Shown here piece by piece: positions 10,127-19,847 of a stretch of DNA of 64,000 nucleotides (its first letter is position 1; the number at the start of each line of letters is the position of its first letter). The position numbers and the translations under genes were made by a program. The DNA is from Candidatus Adlerbacteria bacterium. GTDB taxonomy: Bacteria > Patescibacteriota > Minisyncoccia > Phycocordibacterales > SBAW01. The stretch is from assembly GCA_903851045.1 (NCBI GenBank), contig CAINNF010000012.1, positions 37,189 to 101,188 of the forward strand, in the 5' to 3' direction. The notes beneath the pieces are model-generated. The model made no database searches. It was not told where the DNA came from and saw only the letters and a list, made by a program, of their open reading frames with translations.

Positions 10127-10169
10127 ATGGCAAAACGACCCGTCACTCACCAAGGTGAGGACGGGTCGT
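10127..10169 (-). terminator. Intrinsic terminator after the hypothetical gene 10190..10651.
   Basis: ACGACCCGTC-15 nt-GACGGGTCGT stem followed by TTTTG on the minus strand. Confidence 0.45.
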
Positions 10170-10189
10170 GGGTACTCAAACGATCTCGT

Positions 10190-10651
10190 TCATGATGTAC
10201 CGCTCAGCTGCCTGATCGTCGACAGCGTGTCTTCTGCAATGACGAGCGCAGGATCTTGAAGCTTGGCGACCACTCCATCAAGCTGCGGCTTGACCACTGC
10301 CAAACGTTCAGTCGCCCGAGCAATGACCCCTTCGAGCTCGGCCACCTCTCGCTGCAGAGCGGGTAGCTGTTCTCGATACTTACGCGCTTGGTCGACGATT
10401 TGTGAGAGTTTTTTTACCTCCGCAATAAGAAGGTCGCTGGCGACAAGTGATGGTGCCGCAGGGACCGTAGGCTGAGACGGTGCAGTCTTCACAGGCAACT
10501 CCGTTGGCGTATAGGAACTCGCACACAGCCGCTCAAGATGGTGACTGGCGATACAGAGCAACGTATCCGCGCTACCTGGCTCCAAGTAGCCCGCCTCGAT
10601 AAGACCTTGCAGGTCTGTCTCAGAGGACTGTCGGCCAAGCTGCCGTAGCAC
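10190..10651 (-). CDS. Hypothetical protein: Pro-rich linker plus C-terminal coiled coil. Probably the 3' part of a frameshifted gene.
   Basis: 153-aa ORF. Its reading frame stays open upstream across the stop of ORF 10723..11181. Confidence 0.45.
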   Translation of the reverse strand: MLRQLGRQSSETDLQGLIEAGYLEPGSADTLLCIASHHLERLCASSYTPTELPVKTAPSQPTVPAAPSLVASDLLIAEVKKLSQIVDQARKYREQLPALQREVAELEGVIARATERLAVVKPQLDGVVAKLQDPALVIAEDTLSTIRQLSGTS

Positions 10652-10722
10652 ATCGACGCACAGCTCGCGCGATACGACACCCTCTGGCGTAGCAACGGAA
10701 AGTATTTCTCCCAGAAATAGCT

Positions 10723-11181
10723 CTATCTCGTCGTCGCTAGTATCGCCGGGAACGGCTCTGTGTCTGCAGCAGCGTGTGGTAGAGCGTCAGGTGCCGCTTC
10801 GGGCATACCCACATCCTCCATCTCACCGCTCTGCAGAGCAATATCAAGCTGTCTATGGAACTCTATCGGATCCATACCATGCGGAGCGTTTACTAGTACA
10901 CTAAAACGAGTACCATTGTCTCCTGGCTGCCACAGAAACTCCACTAACCGGCGATTGGGGTTAGGGGATCCTAAATGAAAACCTTTCGTATGTGGTCCTC
11001 CTCTTATTTTGGTAGTAACCGTAGCTGTGAACTCGCCCCGGCAGCCACATCGAGCCAATAGGAGCTTAAGCGTGAATAGAAAGTCCTTCTCTTGGCCAAA
11101 GTCTTGCACGAGATTCGCTTTTCCCTTAAGCAAGACCGATACTGGATGGGTGACATCTGGAGCGAGGGCGGCCGCATTCAT
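10723..11181 (-). CDS. Hypothetical protein. Probably the 5' part of the same gene, interrupted by a frameshift near 10.72-10.76 kb.
   Basis: 152-aa ORF ending 72 nt before the next ORF. Two frames are open simultaneously at 10720-10760. Confidence 0.4.
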   Translation of the reverse strand: MNAAALAPDVTHPVSVLLKGKANLVQDFGQEKDFLFTLKLLLARCGCRGEFTATVTTKIRGGPHTKGFHLGSPNPNRRLVEFLWQPGDNGTRFSVLVNAPHGMDPIEFHRQLDIALQSGEMEDVGMPEAAPDALPHAAADTEPFPAILATTR

Positions 11182-11307
11182 TGTGGACTCTCCGTGTGCG
11201 GTTAATGGGTGCAGCAGAGCAGTGTCGAACGTCAGATACTTTTGGAAAGGTACCTCTGCTCAACAGACTACAACCATATACTTAGTGGGTCAAAACGGGC
11301 GTTAGGA

Positions 11308-12369
11308 TCAACGACCTCCATACTCCTCGGCATAGGCCTCACAGATCTCTTTCATAAGCCCTGGACCTTCGAAGACCATACCAGTGATGAGTTGCACAAG
11401 GTCGGCCCCGGCACGGAACTTGGTAAGTGCGTCTTCGCCCGAGAAGATGCCACCTGTGCCTATGATGGTGAAGCGCTTCCCATAGGTCTGACGCGTCTTG
11501 TATATGAGGTCGTTGGAGAGCGCGAAGCAGGGCTTGCCCGAGAGGCCGCCACGGTACTCTTTGGGCGCATCTTCGGGATGATCGAGCGTCGCATACTTCT
11601 TGTTGAGATTGCCGATGATGACCCCTTGATAGGGCGACGCGTCGATGATCTTCAGGAGCTTGTTGAACTCCGACCACTCTAGGTTGATCGGCATCTTAAA
11701 GTACACCGGCTTGGTGGTCGGGATCTTCTGGAGCTCATTAATCATCACCGCGAGGAGGCGCGGGTTGGCGAACGTCTCGCCGTCCTTACCGCTGTAGGAG
11801 TTGGGGCACGAGATGTTGATGGTGTAGTAGTCCCCCACCCCGGCGTCGTTCATCTTCTTGAATGTCGTCAAAAAATCCTTGAGCGCGTCGTCTTCGTTGG
11901 CAACACAGCTATTGTTGGTCGAGGCGATGGAAATGCCGATAACATAGCCAGGCACGCGCTTTTTCGACAAAATATGTTTGATAGTCCTATCCGCGCCGCG
12001 ATTGCGCAGGCCTTTGAAAACAATGAGACTCTTGTTGCGCACTAAACGCGTTTGCCGCGGCCTTGGGTTGCCCTCACACGGGAGTGCAGTGACCGAGCCG
12101 ACCTCTTCGCCACCGAATGAGAGGCTCGCGAGCACCTGGGTCAGCCGCGCATCACAGTCGAAGCCCGCCGAGAGGAGCACGGGCCGCTCGTAGCGTACGC
12201 CATCTATCACCTTGGCGATATTGGGGCCGCGGTAGCCATAGATAAGCCGCAAGAGGTAGCGGGCAGGCGGGATATAGCCAAAGAATTCGCCGAGCACAAG
12301 CACCATCGCATGCATCTTTTCGGGGTGAATAAGAAAGAAGATGGGCTTGAGAACTTTTTTATAGAACAT
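11308..12369 (-). CDS. pyrD: Dihydroorotate dehydrogenase (quinone), class 2.
   Basis: SAGFDCDA (GFDKN-like), NISCPN, IIGTGGI and GADLVQLITG motifs. The likely start is MFYKK at 12369; the ORF track extends to 12450. Confidence 0.85.
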   Translation of the reverse strand: MFYKKVLKPIFFLIHPEKMHAMVLVLGEFFGYIPPARYLLRLIYGYRGPNIAKVIDGVRYERPVLLSAGFDCDARLTQVLASLSFGGEEVGSVTALPCEGNPRPRQTRLVRNKSLIVFKGLRNRGADRTIKHILSKKRVPGYVIGISIASTNNSCVANEDDALKDFLTTFKKMNDAGVGDYYTINISCPNSYSGKDGETFANPRLLAVMINELQKIPTTKPVYFKMPINLEWSEFNKLLKIIDASPYQGVIIGNLNKKYATLDHPEDAPKEYRGGLSGKPCFALSNDLIYKTRQTYGKRFTIIGTGGIFSGEDALTKFRAGADLVQLITGMVFEGPGLMKEICEAYAEEYGGR

Positions 12370-12519
12370 TGCTACATCATACGACACCTGAGTGGGATGG
12401 GGAATGTTTTTGTTCCAGCATCCATTGCAAGTTGCAGTATTCCAGACCACTGGCGCAATGCGGGCATAATGAAGGGCTCCGGACGGCTAGTTACCTAAGG
12501 AGCCCGTTCTATTTCTCAC

Positions 12520-13098
12520 CTACTTATACACCACCACGCCACGACCAGTGAATGATTGAGAAAACAGGCGCATGGGCACAAACCTGCTTACTCCAAGATG
12601 TGCGGGACGCACTGACGTATCATGCACAAAAAATCCCTCCTGCCCTTCGTTTGTACACCCAACAACGAGCACCATATGTCCGCCATATTTTCTCCAAAAC
12701 AATAATCGCTCTTTAAGACTTTTCTTGACTGAGAAGTTGGATTTAACAGAGATAATAACGAATCGTCCGTCCTGTACCAACGCTTGAATCTGCGACATCG
12801 CGAGCGACTCGACCACATACGCCCGCACACCCATGTGTTCTGCCAGCTGTGCGAGACCAGCGTGCACCCACCCGTGCGCGTGCGTGTACGCTCCAACCTC
12901 AGTGCCTTTTCGGATATACTCCACCAGAGTGAGTGCTTCCTCGGTGAGCAGTCCATCGATTGCCATTTTGAGACACTGAATACCGCAGCTCGACACCTCC
13001 CAGTACGCCACATCCTCCGGGCTTGCGAACCCGAGCTCTTTCCAGCTCTCGGGCTTCCATGAATAATTGGAAAATGGGGCGTGTAATGTAATTTGCAT
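12520..13098 (-). CDS. Papain-like cysteine peptidase, C39-like.
   Basis: SSCGIQCLKM motif (catalytic Cys) with a downstream His in GGHMVLVVG. Confidence 0.55.
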   Translation of the reverse strand: MQITLHAPFSNYSWKPESWKELGFASPEDVAYWEVSSCGIQCLKMAIDGLLTEEALTLVEYIRKGTEVGAYTHAHGWVHAGLAQLAEHMGVRAYVVESLAMSQIQALVQDGRFVIISVKSNFSVKKSLKERLLFWRKYGGHMVLVVGCTNEGQEGFFVHDTSVRPAHLGVSRFVPMRLFSQSFTGRGVVVYK

Positions 13099-13113
13099 AA
13101 AAGAAATCGCCCA

Positions 13114-13767
13114 CTAGGTGCGGGCGAGGAGGCGCTGGAGCCGCGAAGGAACGAAGCGAACGCGAAGACTCTTGAACGCGAGCTTCGGGAACAAGGGCGA
13201 CGGCTTATCGAGTTCGATGTTGCGAAAGACAATGAAGTGCAAGTGGTCACGGTCAGTCCAGCCAGTCTTGCCGACTGTGCCAATCCGCTGCCCGCGCTTC
13301 ACCCTCGAACCAACCGTGAGTCGAAAGTCCGCGACCGACCACTGCGCCAAGTGGCAGTACTGCGAATACTCGCCGTTGCTATGGTCGATGGTCACATAGT
13401 TGAGAGTGTTTGCAAACTCTTGCGTCGGCCCCCACTCATCCGACAACTCTTGCACCTCAATAATGACCCCATCGCGTGCAGCAACCACCGGCGTCCCGTC
13501 AGGTACCAGAAAGTCGATGGCGTTCCGCCACGGCCCCGTGTGCGACTGCGGACTCGAGGCGCAGACATACGGTCCAAAGCGATATGTCTCGTGTGGCGGA
13601 TTCCCCACCGCCAGACGAGTACCTGCCGCGAGTGCTTCCCTTCTACCAATGGAAACCGGATAGAAGTACCAGTGCTTTGTCGGTTCTTTGTCGAAGATTG
13701 GATTATGTGCCAACCGTTCGAGTTCGCTCATCTGCACACTCCTAAACTGTCCTCGTTCAGTTTGCAT
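13114..13767 (-). CDS. M23 (LytM-type) metallopeptidase.
   Basis: The HxxxD ... HxH pattern (DHSNGEY...GWTDRDHLHF) typical of M23 peptidases. Confidence 0.8.
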   Translation of the reverse strand: MQTERGQFRSVQMSELERLAHNPIFDKEPTKHWYFYPVSIGRREALAAGTRLAVGNPPHETYRFGPYVCASSPQSHTGPWRNAIDFLVPDGTPVVAARDGVIIEVQELSDEWGPTQEFANTLNYVTIDHSNGEYSQYCHLAQWSVADFRLTVGSRVKRGQRIGTVGKTGWTDRDHLHFIVFRNIELDKPSPLFPKLAFKSLRVRFVPSRLQRLLART

Positions 13768-13828
13768 ACTCTGCTGGTACTATAACCAAGTTTATAGGAA
13801 AAAGTAACCAGCTTGGACGAGTCTACCT

Positions 13829-14518
13829 CTACGCCGCTACACCTGTGATGAGTTTGAAGAGCGTTGTTATGACAACGTCGAAGACCGGTATCAAAAAGAA
13901 GTAAAAGATAAGGAGTAGAAACAGCGTCCCTGACAGTACGCCGAAACGCTCGAAGTTCGCGCGAAAGTTACCGTATATGTGCGCCAAACCACGGGGCAGA
14001 ATGGCGGACAACACTTTGGAGCCATCGAGTGGCGGGATAGGGATGAGATTGAAGAGTCCAAGTACGAGATTCGTGAACACGATGGTCCCGAATGCTGTAA
14101 AAAGCTCTGGACTCATGGAGACACCGCCGAACCGTATCGCGAGTCCGAAGAGGAGCGCGAGCGCGAGATTGGTCGCCGGACCTGCCCCTGCCACTAACGC
14201 CTCGTCGTACTTGCCTGAGAGGTTGTAGGGGTTATATGGCACCGGTTTGGCATACCCTATCATGATGGGCGAGTGAGTGATTACCAGAAGTGCGGGCAAA
14301 ATGATAGAACCCATGGGGTCTATATGTGAAAGTGGATTGAGTGTGAGGCGTCCTTGGAGTCGCGCGGTCGGGTCGCCAAGCCAGTTCGCCATATAGCCGT
14401 GTGCCACTTCGTGGAGAATGACCGACACTATGAGAACGATGAGGGAAAAGATGAGTATTTGCATATCCGAAAATCCATGATACCATGGCCTAGCTTCACA
14501 AGCGTATACATATGGCAA
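13829..14518 (-). CDS. M50 family membrane zinc metalloprotease (site-2 protease-like).
   Basis: HEVAHG HExxH motif inside a TM helix; multiple TM segments. An alternative start MQILIF lies at 14464. Confidence 0.75.
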   Translation of the reverse strand: MPYVYACEARPWYHGFSDMQILIFSLIVLIVSVILHEVAHGYMANWLGDPTARLQGRLTLNPLSHIDPMGSIILPALLVITHSPIMIGYAKPVPYNPYNLSGKYDEALVAGAGPATNLALALLFGLAIRFGGVSMSPELFTAFGTIVFTNLVLGLFNLIPIPPLDGSKVLSAILPRGLAHIYGNFRANFERFGVLSGTLFLLLIFYFFLIPVFDVVITTLFKLITGVAA

Positions 14519-14754
14519 AAGTTTGTCCAGTCACCCAAAAAGGTTCGCAGGTCGGAGGCGGGTACTCCAACCGTATTCGTGCAACCAAATTCAACCCGAC
14601 TGGCAAGGTCCGCCGCCAGCCGAACCTCCAGAAGAAGCGGATTTTCGTCCCTGAGATAAACAAGACCATCACGCTCACCCTCTCGACCCAGGCTATCAAG
14701 ACCATTGCCAAGAACGGCGCGTACAAGACGCTCAAAAAGGCTGGACTGCTCTAA
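14512..14754 (+). CDS. rpmB: 50S ribosomal protein L28.
   Basis: 80 aa. MAKVCPVT...R.PNLQKKR resembles L28. Confidence 0.85.
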   Translation: MAKVCPVTQKGSQVGGGYSNRIRATKFNPTGKVRRQPNLQKKRIFVPEINKTITLTLSTQAIKTIAKNGAYKTLKKAGLL

Positions 14755-14774
14755 ACTCCAAGAACATATAAAGA

Positions 14775-14804
14775 AAATGCCGCTCTCATAAGCGGCATTT
14801 TTTG
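14775..14804. terminator. Bidirectional intrinsic terminator between rpmB (+) and the hypothetical gene at 14811 (-).
   Basis: AAAATGCCGCT-ctcata-AGCGGCATTTTTT. Confidence 0.6.
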
Positions 14805-14810
14805 GCTACA

Positions 14811-15320
14811 CTAAGTCTTTTTTCGCCTAATGGTGAGCGACTGGGTCACGCGCATCCGGACTTTTTCGGCGGACACATCGGTCTGAGGGGAATATATCTC
14901 AGCAAGCACATCAAGGAACGCGGAGTCTTTGTGCGTCCTGAGCGACACGAAACGGATCCGTGCTTGAAATACCATTCCAGTGCGCACTATCGTCAGCGGT
15001 TGCCGCTGTCCCCCCGCATCCACGAGCGTTCCCGCCTCTTCGCACGCCTTGAACAGGTCGGGCATGAGCGCGGGCAACATCGCCGCAAGAAGCGCTCCAG
15101 GCACCACCGCCCGACGCGTCCCGACCGACGTATGTAGAACGTTCCCGTCTTTTACCGCGAGGCAAAAATTGGCCACCTCGAGGTCACCCAGCACACAGGG
15201 CGTATCACACTCGGTCCACTCCCCCCGCGCACTGCGATGGGCAAGATCCCGTAGGATTGATGGGAACCACCCAGGTGGAAACCCAACCAACGCAAGCGGC
15301 AGCGAAAAGCTCGATCCCAT
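14811..15320 (-). CDS. Hypothetical protein.
   Basis: 169-aa ORF with no recognised motif. Confidence 0.4.
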   Translation of the reverse strand: MGSSFSLPLALVGFPPGWFPSILRDLAHRSARGEWTECDTPCVLGDLEVANFCLAVKDGNVLHTSVGTRRAVVPGALLAAMLPALMPDLFKACEEAGTLVDAGGQRQPLTIVRTGMVFQARIRFVSLRTHKDSAFLDVLAEIYSPQTDVSAEKVRMRVTQSLTIRRKKT

Positions 15321-15506
15321 AACCCCTCCTTAAGCAAAGAACGTGAGGCACCTGACCAACAAGTCTATATATGAGATAACACCTACTCTTTCCTTTGTCG
15401 AATCACCGTACCCGTGTAAAAAAGTTGACACACATCATAAATAAGTTACTATAAACCACGGTTTTGTGTTCCAATCAAGGGATGCAGTGGTAGGGAGTAC
15501 AGAGAC

Positions 15507-16301
15507 ATGCGGTTTCGCTGGGTCAAAATCATCGGATTGATGACGACGATAGTGATTTTGGGTGCTATCTACCTGGTACCACGCGCGTATGAGACGTGGC
15601 GTGCGCACCAGCGACTTGCCATCGCAATCGACACGATCAAACGAACACCGGCGACACAGCTGGTGACAGCCGATCTGATCTTCAGTCATGCCGCCAGTAT
15701 ATATACAAACGACGACGACCGGTATCGAGCCATACTGTCTGCCAATCTGTGCGGCCCTCTTCTGAAGACAAGTACTCGTAACGATGACCGGTACCGGTGC
15801 AGCGCTCTAATCGAATTGACCCTCGGGGCAAGTCGCCCTCGCTTACCTGTGTTACCTTGGGACATGTATCTGAGCGATATATATACTGCTGGCCTTTGGA
15901 GCTTTCTCATCTCCGGTGTCCACACTTTCGAGCAAGAAATGGATCGCACCTTAGCGAACGCATTCTACACACCCGAAGGAGCGCGCACGTTCTATCAGGC
16001 TAAGAAACCTGAGATACTCGAGGCGTTTCATCAACAGCAGCTACTGCCGAAAGACCAGTACTATGCGATTCGACCTGAAGAGATGCGACGGATCGACCTC
16101 GACCATCTCCAAGGAATCGTTGAACTCGCCGCACTATATGATGGGTCGAGCCACGAAGACTCGGAGATCGTACGGCACCGCGTGAGCAGTAGATATGCTC
16201 AGGACTTTGTTCAAGAACTTTTCCGTGAAGGAGGGGTGGAACTGGTCAAAGTGTACGCAGAACTCGCACAAGACCTATTCGTCACATTGACCAAGAACTG
16301 A
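15507..16301 (+). CDS. Hypothetical membrane-anchored protein.
   Basis: 264 aa with an N-terminal TM helix. Upstream TTGACA-16-TACTAT promoter-like sequence at about 15426-15455. Confidence 0.5.
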   Translation: MRFRWVKIIGLMTTIVILGAIYLVPRAYETWRAHQRLAIAIDTIKRTPATQLVTADLIFSHAASIYTNDDDRYRAILSANLCGPLLKTSTRNDDRYRCSALIELTLGASRPRLPVLPWDMYLSDIYTAGLWSFLISGVHTFEQEMDRTLANAFYTPEGARTFYQAKKPEILEAFHQQQLLPKDQYYAIRPEEMRRIDLDHLQGIVELAALYDGSSHEDSEIVRHRVSSRYAQDFVQELFREGGVELVKVYAELAQDLFVTLTKN

Positions 16302-16359
16302 ACATTCGATATCCAGACACTCCAAGCCCCGCAGTATACTGCGGGGCATTTTCATTTAC

Positions 16360-17283
16360 CTATCGTATTCGCCTGAAGTGGGTGCCATCGGATGCGAACT
16401 CGATGGTGCCTACCTGGTCGGTACGGAGCACTTCGACACCTGCGGCGTCGAGACGGTCGAGCGTGTCTTGCGTCGGGAGGTGGTACATGTTGTGTGCGCC
16501 AACGGAGATGAGCGCCACCTGCGGGCGCACGAGGTTAAGCAGCGCTTCGCTCGTGGAGGTCTTGGAGCCGTGGTGACCAACCTTCAAGATGTCGCTCGTT
16601 AGTTCGCTCGTCGAGGATGCACTGTCGGCGATGATCTGACTTTCGACACCTTGCGACACATCCGCCATCAGCAACACCGAGGTTGAGCCGTACACGAGAC
16701 GCGTCACTACCCCACCGTCGTTGTCGATGTTCTGGTTGATATGCGATACGTCGTGGTCGGGATACAAGATCTGAAGTTCCGCTCCCCCGCCAAGGTCGAC
16801 GACCTCGCCACGACGTGCGATGTAGCGCGGGATATGCTCATCCAGTATTTCGCTTTCGAGTGTCTGTGCGGTTTTCGAATCTTTGATGATTCCAGGCTCG
16901 ATGAACGCGCCGACGTGGTAGCGCTTAAGGAGGTCGACGAAACCGGAGATATGGTCGGAGTCCGGGTGGGTCTCGATGACCGCATCGAGCGAGTGGCTCA
17001 AAAACGGCATCACCTTGGGCAACGCACGCAAGACAGAGTCGTCCGGGCCGCTGTCGATGAGTACTCGCTCGCCAGTGGGCGACTCGATGTATATAGAGTC
17101 GCCCATGCCGACGTTGAGCATCGCGACCTTCACATGACCCGACGGCGTCTCGGCAATGACCACCACCCATACCCCAACCGCACACAAGATGAGTCCGCTA
17201 AAGATGGCGTACGGAATGTAGCGGAAGTAGGGGCGCAAAAATTCCACAGCGCGACTATACAAGAAACAAGCATACCCCGGCAA
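16360..17283 (-). CDS. MBL-fold metallo-hydrolase, ComEC C-terminal (lactamase_B) domain type, with an N-terminal TM helix.
   Basis: VAMLNVGMGDSIYIE ... ETHPDSDHISG metallo-beta-lactamase motifs. Resembles the C-terminal domain of ComEC/Rec2. Confidence 0.8.
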   Translation of the reverse strand: MPGYACFLYSRAVEFLRPYFRYIPYAIFSGLILCAVGVWVVVIAETPSGHVKVAMLNVGMGDSIYIESPTGERVLIDSGPDDSVLRALPKVMPFLSHSLDAVIETHPDSDHISGFVDLLKRYHVGAFIEPGIIKDSKTAQTLESEILDEHIPRYIARRGEVVDLGGGAELQILYPDHDVSHINQNIDNDGGVVTRLVYGSTSVLLMADVSQGVESQIIADSASSTSELTSDILKVGHHGSKTSTSEALLNLVRPQVALISVGAHNMYHLPTQDTLDRLDAAGVEVLRTDQVGTIEFASDGTHFRRIR

Positions 17284-17346
17284 CTCATGGAAGAAACAGC
17301 AAATAGTGGTATCGTGGAGAGACTAACCACTAAATCATGTATAGTT

Positions 17347-17940
17347 ATGACGTACGAAGAAAAGAAATTTATCATACCCGAACTCGATGGTATCTCAGCT
17401 AAGTCGGTCGAGGAGCACCTTGGACTCTATGCGGGCTATGTGAAGAATTTTAATGCTGTAACCGCGCTTGCTGGCAAGCTCATGAAAGATGATGCTGCAG
17501 GCAATGCGCTCGCCGTGGCAGAGTTGATGCGCCGACGTTCGTTCGAGTTCGGCGGCATGCGGCTGCATGAATATTATTTCGCGCAATTCGAAGATGGTGC
17601 AAAACCACTTACTGATACTTCGTTCGAATCCGCAATCAAAGCGCAGTACGGTGAGGTTGAAAATCTGATACAAGAAGTCCGCCAAGTCGCGCTCATGCGC
17701 GGGCCGGGCTGGTCAATACTGTACTACGACCCGCAGGCGAAACAATTCTTGGTCGGCTTCTCCGAAGAGCAGCACCAGGGCCACTTCGTCGCGCTCCCCA
17801 TCATCCTCGCGCTCGACGTCTGGGAACACGCCTTCCTGCTAGACTACGGCGCCCAAGGCAAAGCGAAGTACGTCGAAGCGTTCTTCAAGAATCTCAACTG
17901 GGGCGTGCTTGAGGCACGGTTCGCAAGTATGCCAAGGTAG
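17347..17940 (+). CDS. Fe/Mn-family superoxide dismutase.
   Basis: 197 aa. DVWEHAF (D-x-W-E-H) motif and metal-ligand His residues in the EEH and RLHEYYF contexts. The ORF-track entry 16741..17940 is an artefactual 5' extension that runs antisense to the MBL gene. Confidence 0.8.
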   Translation: MTYEEKKFIIPELDGISAKSVEEHLGLYAGYVKNFNAVTALAGKLMKDDAAGNALAVAELMRRRSFEFGGMRLHEYYFAQFEDGAKPLTDTSFESAIKAQYGEVENLIQEVRQVALMRGPGWSILYYDPQAKQFLVGFSEEQHQGHFVALPIILALDVWEHAFLLDYGAQGKAKYVEAFFKNLNWGVLEARFASMPR

Positions 17941-18045
17941 CAACAATAAAAGGATTGCCTTGGTTGGGTATGCGTGATATACAGTCTAGTGGTCACTGCG
18001 GCATTACACAGTGACCATTGGCTCTTTTTAGAAAGGAGATACAAA

Positions 18046-18252
18046 ATGAGCTTTATCTCAGAAACGCTACCGGATATGACATCTGCTGTCGAAAAGATAT
18101 CGGTAAAAGAACGATCATCTAAACCATACCTGTCGCCGCCTCAGCTCCAACTGAAGCAACGGGATCAAAAAACCTACAGAAAGATATTCGTTGCTTCTAA
18201 CGGTATTGTGTGTACCTCAAGCTCTGACGCCAGAGAAGCATCTGGTGATTAA
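18046..18252 (+). CDS. Small hypothetical protein (68 aa).
   Basis: AAAGGAGA RBS 6 nt before ATG (MSFISETLPD...). Confidence 0.3.
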   Translation: MSFISETLPDMTSAVEKISVKERSSKPYLSPPQLQLKQRDQKTYRKIFVASNGIVCTSSSDAREASGD

Positions 18253-18292
18253 GGTATAGTCGCACGGACTCATTCGTTTGTGTCATTAGTGC

Positions 18293-18335
18293 CATGGACC
18301 CTATATATCAAAACGATATATAGGGTCCATTTGCG
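18293..18335. repeat. Perfect 15-bp inverted repeat (ATGGACCCTATATAT / ATATATAGGGTCCAT) with a 6-nt spacer.
   Basis: Read directly from the sequence. Sits between the small gene and the comEC stop. Confidence 0.6.
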
Positions 18336-19829
18336 TTATGACTGATGATAGAGCGATCTTGCATACTGTTTCGTGGCGAACCATATGAGCGGTATATATG
18401 CAACGATCAAGAACCAGGGGGAGAATTCACTGATTACAACGGTGCCGAACGGGATGCTTGCTGCAACATTCGCTACCAGCATCATCCATTTTAAGATCAC
18501 GTCAGAGAGGAGCGCGGGGATGAAGCCGAGTGTGGGCGAGATGAATCCAAGGAGGCCAGCGACAAAGCCGAAGAACATCGCTTCGGGGACGAGCGGGAGC
18601 GCTATCACGTTCGCTGGCACACTCAAGAACGAGAGTACGCCCGAGAAATAGAGCAGCGCAGGGAGCGTGAAAATTTGCACCGCTATCGTGCTCGCGGCAG
18701 TTGCGCGGACGTCGCTCCAGCGATTGCCGCGAAAGATTTTGAGACGTGAGAGATAGCCTTCGACCCATGGGGAGAGTGTGATGAGCCCAAAGGTGGCGAG
18801 CACACTAAGGATGAATGACGTGTCATGCAGCATCGACTCCGGATTCCACAGCACCATGCCGACTCCTGCGAGCGCGAGTGCGCGTAGCGCTTCCGTTGGT
18901 CGGCGGAGGTATCGCCCCAAGAGTCCCACGAGCGCCATGATGAGCGCGCGGATGGTCGTCGCACCCGCGCCCGTCATGAGCGCGAAGAGTATCATCACGA
19001 ACCCGCCAACCCCGAGACTTATCGTGCGTGGCAAGAACGCGAACGCGCGGAAGATGCCGTCAGAGACTATCGAGATATTGTATCCGGAAAGCACGACAAC
19101 ATGAACAAGACCACTCGCAATAAATGCCTGAGTAAGATCTTTCGGGATGCCACTTTTCTCGCCGAGCAGAATTCCTTCAAGCAGCGAGGCGTCTGGCTCG
19201 ATGAATATTTTTTCGAGCGATGACTCGAACGCGTGTTTGAAAGTGAACAAAACGCCCATGGGCGACGTCCTGGCCGGGACGTCGCCCACCAACTGAGCTT
19301 TGGGCAACTCAGTCGAGATTCCCTGTGCGCGCAGGTAACCAGGATAGTCGAAGGTGTGGCCCGTGTCTGTCTCGAAGGTTTGGGGCAGCGCGAGTGTGCC
19401 GCGCAGCTCTACTGTGTCACCATATGAAACCTTCTCGTCGCGCTCCAAGAGCACAAGCACCTTGCCCAATGCTTGATGGTCGCCAATCTTCTCAACATCA
19501 ACCGTGACATGCAGCGACGTCTCGCGTCGGTCGGGGTCAGCACTCACTCGCCCCGCAAGCATGACATCCTGACCCACAAAGAGTGGTACCGTCTCGGTCG
19601 CTTCCTGTTGCAGCACGAAGTCGGCGCGTAGCATCCCCAGTGACACGGCCGCGAGCAACGCCACAGCCAAGAATAGTGACGGCACCTTGCGCCAGAGAGC
19701 AACCACCAGAACACCCAGTGAAACAACAAGTAGTGTGGCGATAGTCAGGAACCCAGTATGAAACAGGAGTCCCACTGCGACACCGAGCAGCACCCCCGCG
19801 ACAGTCGCATACAAAAACGCGCCTTGCAT
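18336..19829 (-). CDS. comEC: ComEC/Rec2 competence membrane channel (DUF4131 + competence domain) lacking the MBL domain.
   Basis: 497 aa, polytopic. Conserved GAGATTIRALIMALVGLLGR region. Confidence 0.85.
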   Translation of the reverse strand: MQGAFLYATVAGVLLGVAVGLLFHTGFLTIATLLVVSLGVLVVALWRKVPSLFLAVALLAAVSLGMLRADFVLQQEATETVPLFVGQDVMLAGRVSADPDRRETSLHVTVDVEKIGDHQALGKVLVLLERDEKVSYGDTVELRGTLALPQTFETDTGHTFDYPGYLRAQGISTELPKAQLVGDVPARTSPMGVLFTFKHAFESSLEKIFIEPDASLLEGILLGEKSGIPKDLTQAFIASGLVHVVVLSGYNISIVSDGIFRAFAFLPRTISLGVGGFVMILFALMTGAGATTIRALIMALVGLLGRYLRRPTEALRALALAGVGMVLWNPESMLHDTSFILSVLATFGLITLSPWVEGYLSRLKIFRGNRWSDVRATAASTIAVQIFTLPALLYFSGVLSFLSVPANVIALPLVPEAMFFGFVAGLLGFISPTLGFIPALLSDVILKWMMLVANVAASIPFGTVVISEFSPWFLIVAYIPLIWFATKQYARSLYHQS

Positions 19830-19847
19830 GCCCCACGTTCTACCAAA

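Noticed and set aside
16741-17346. 5' extension of the SOD ORF (ORF-track entry 16741-17940).
   Set aside because: The extension runs antisense through the MBL hydrolase gene. SOD homology begins at the ATG at 17347 (MTYEEKKF).
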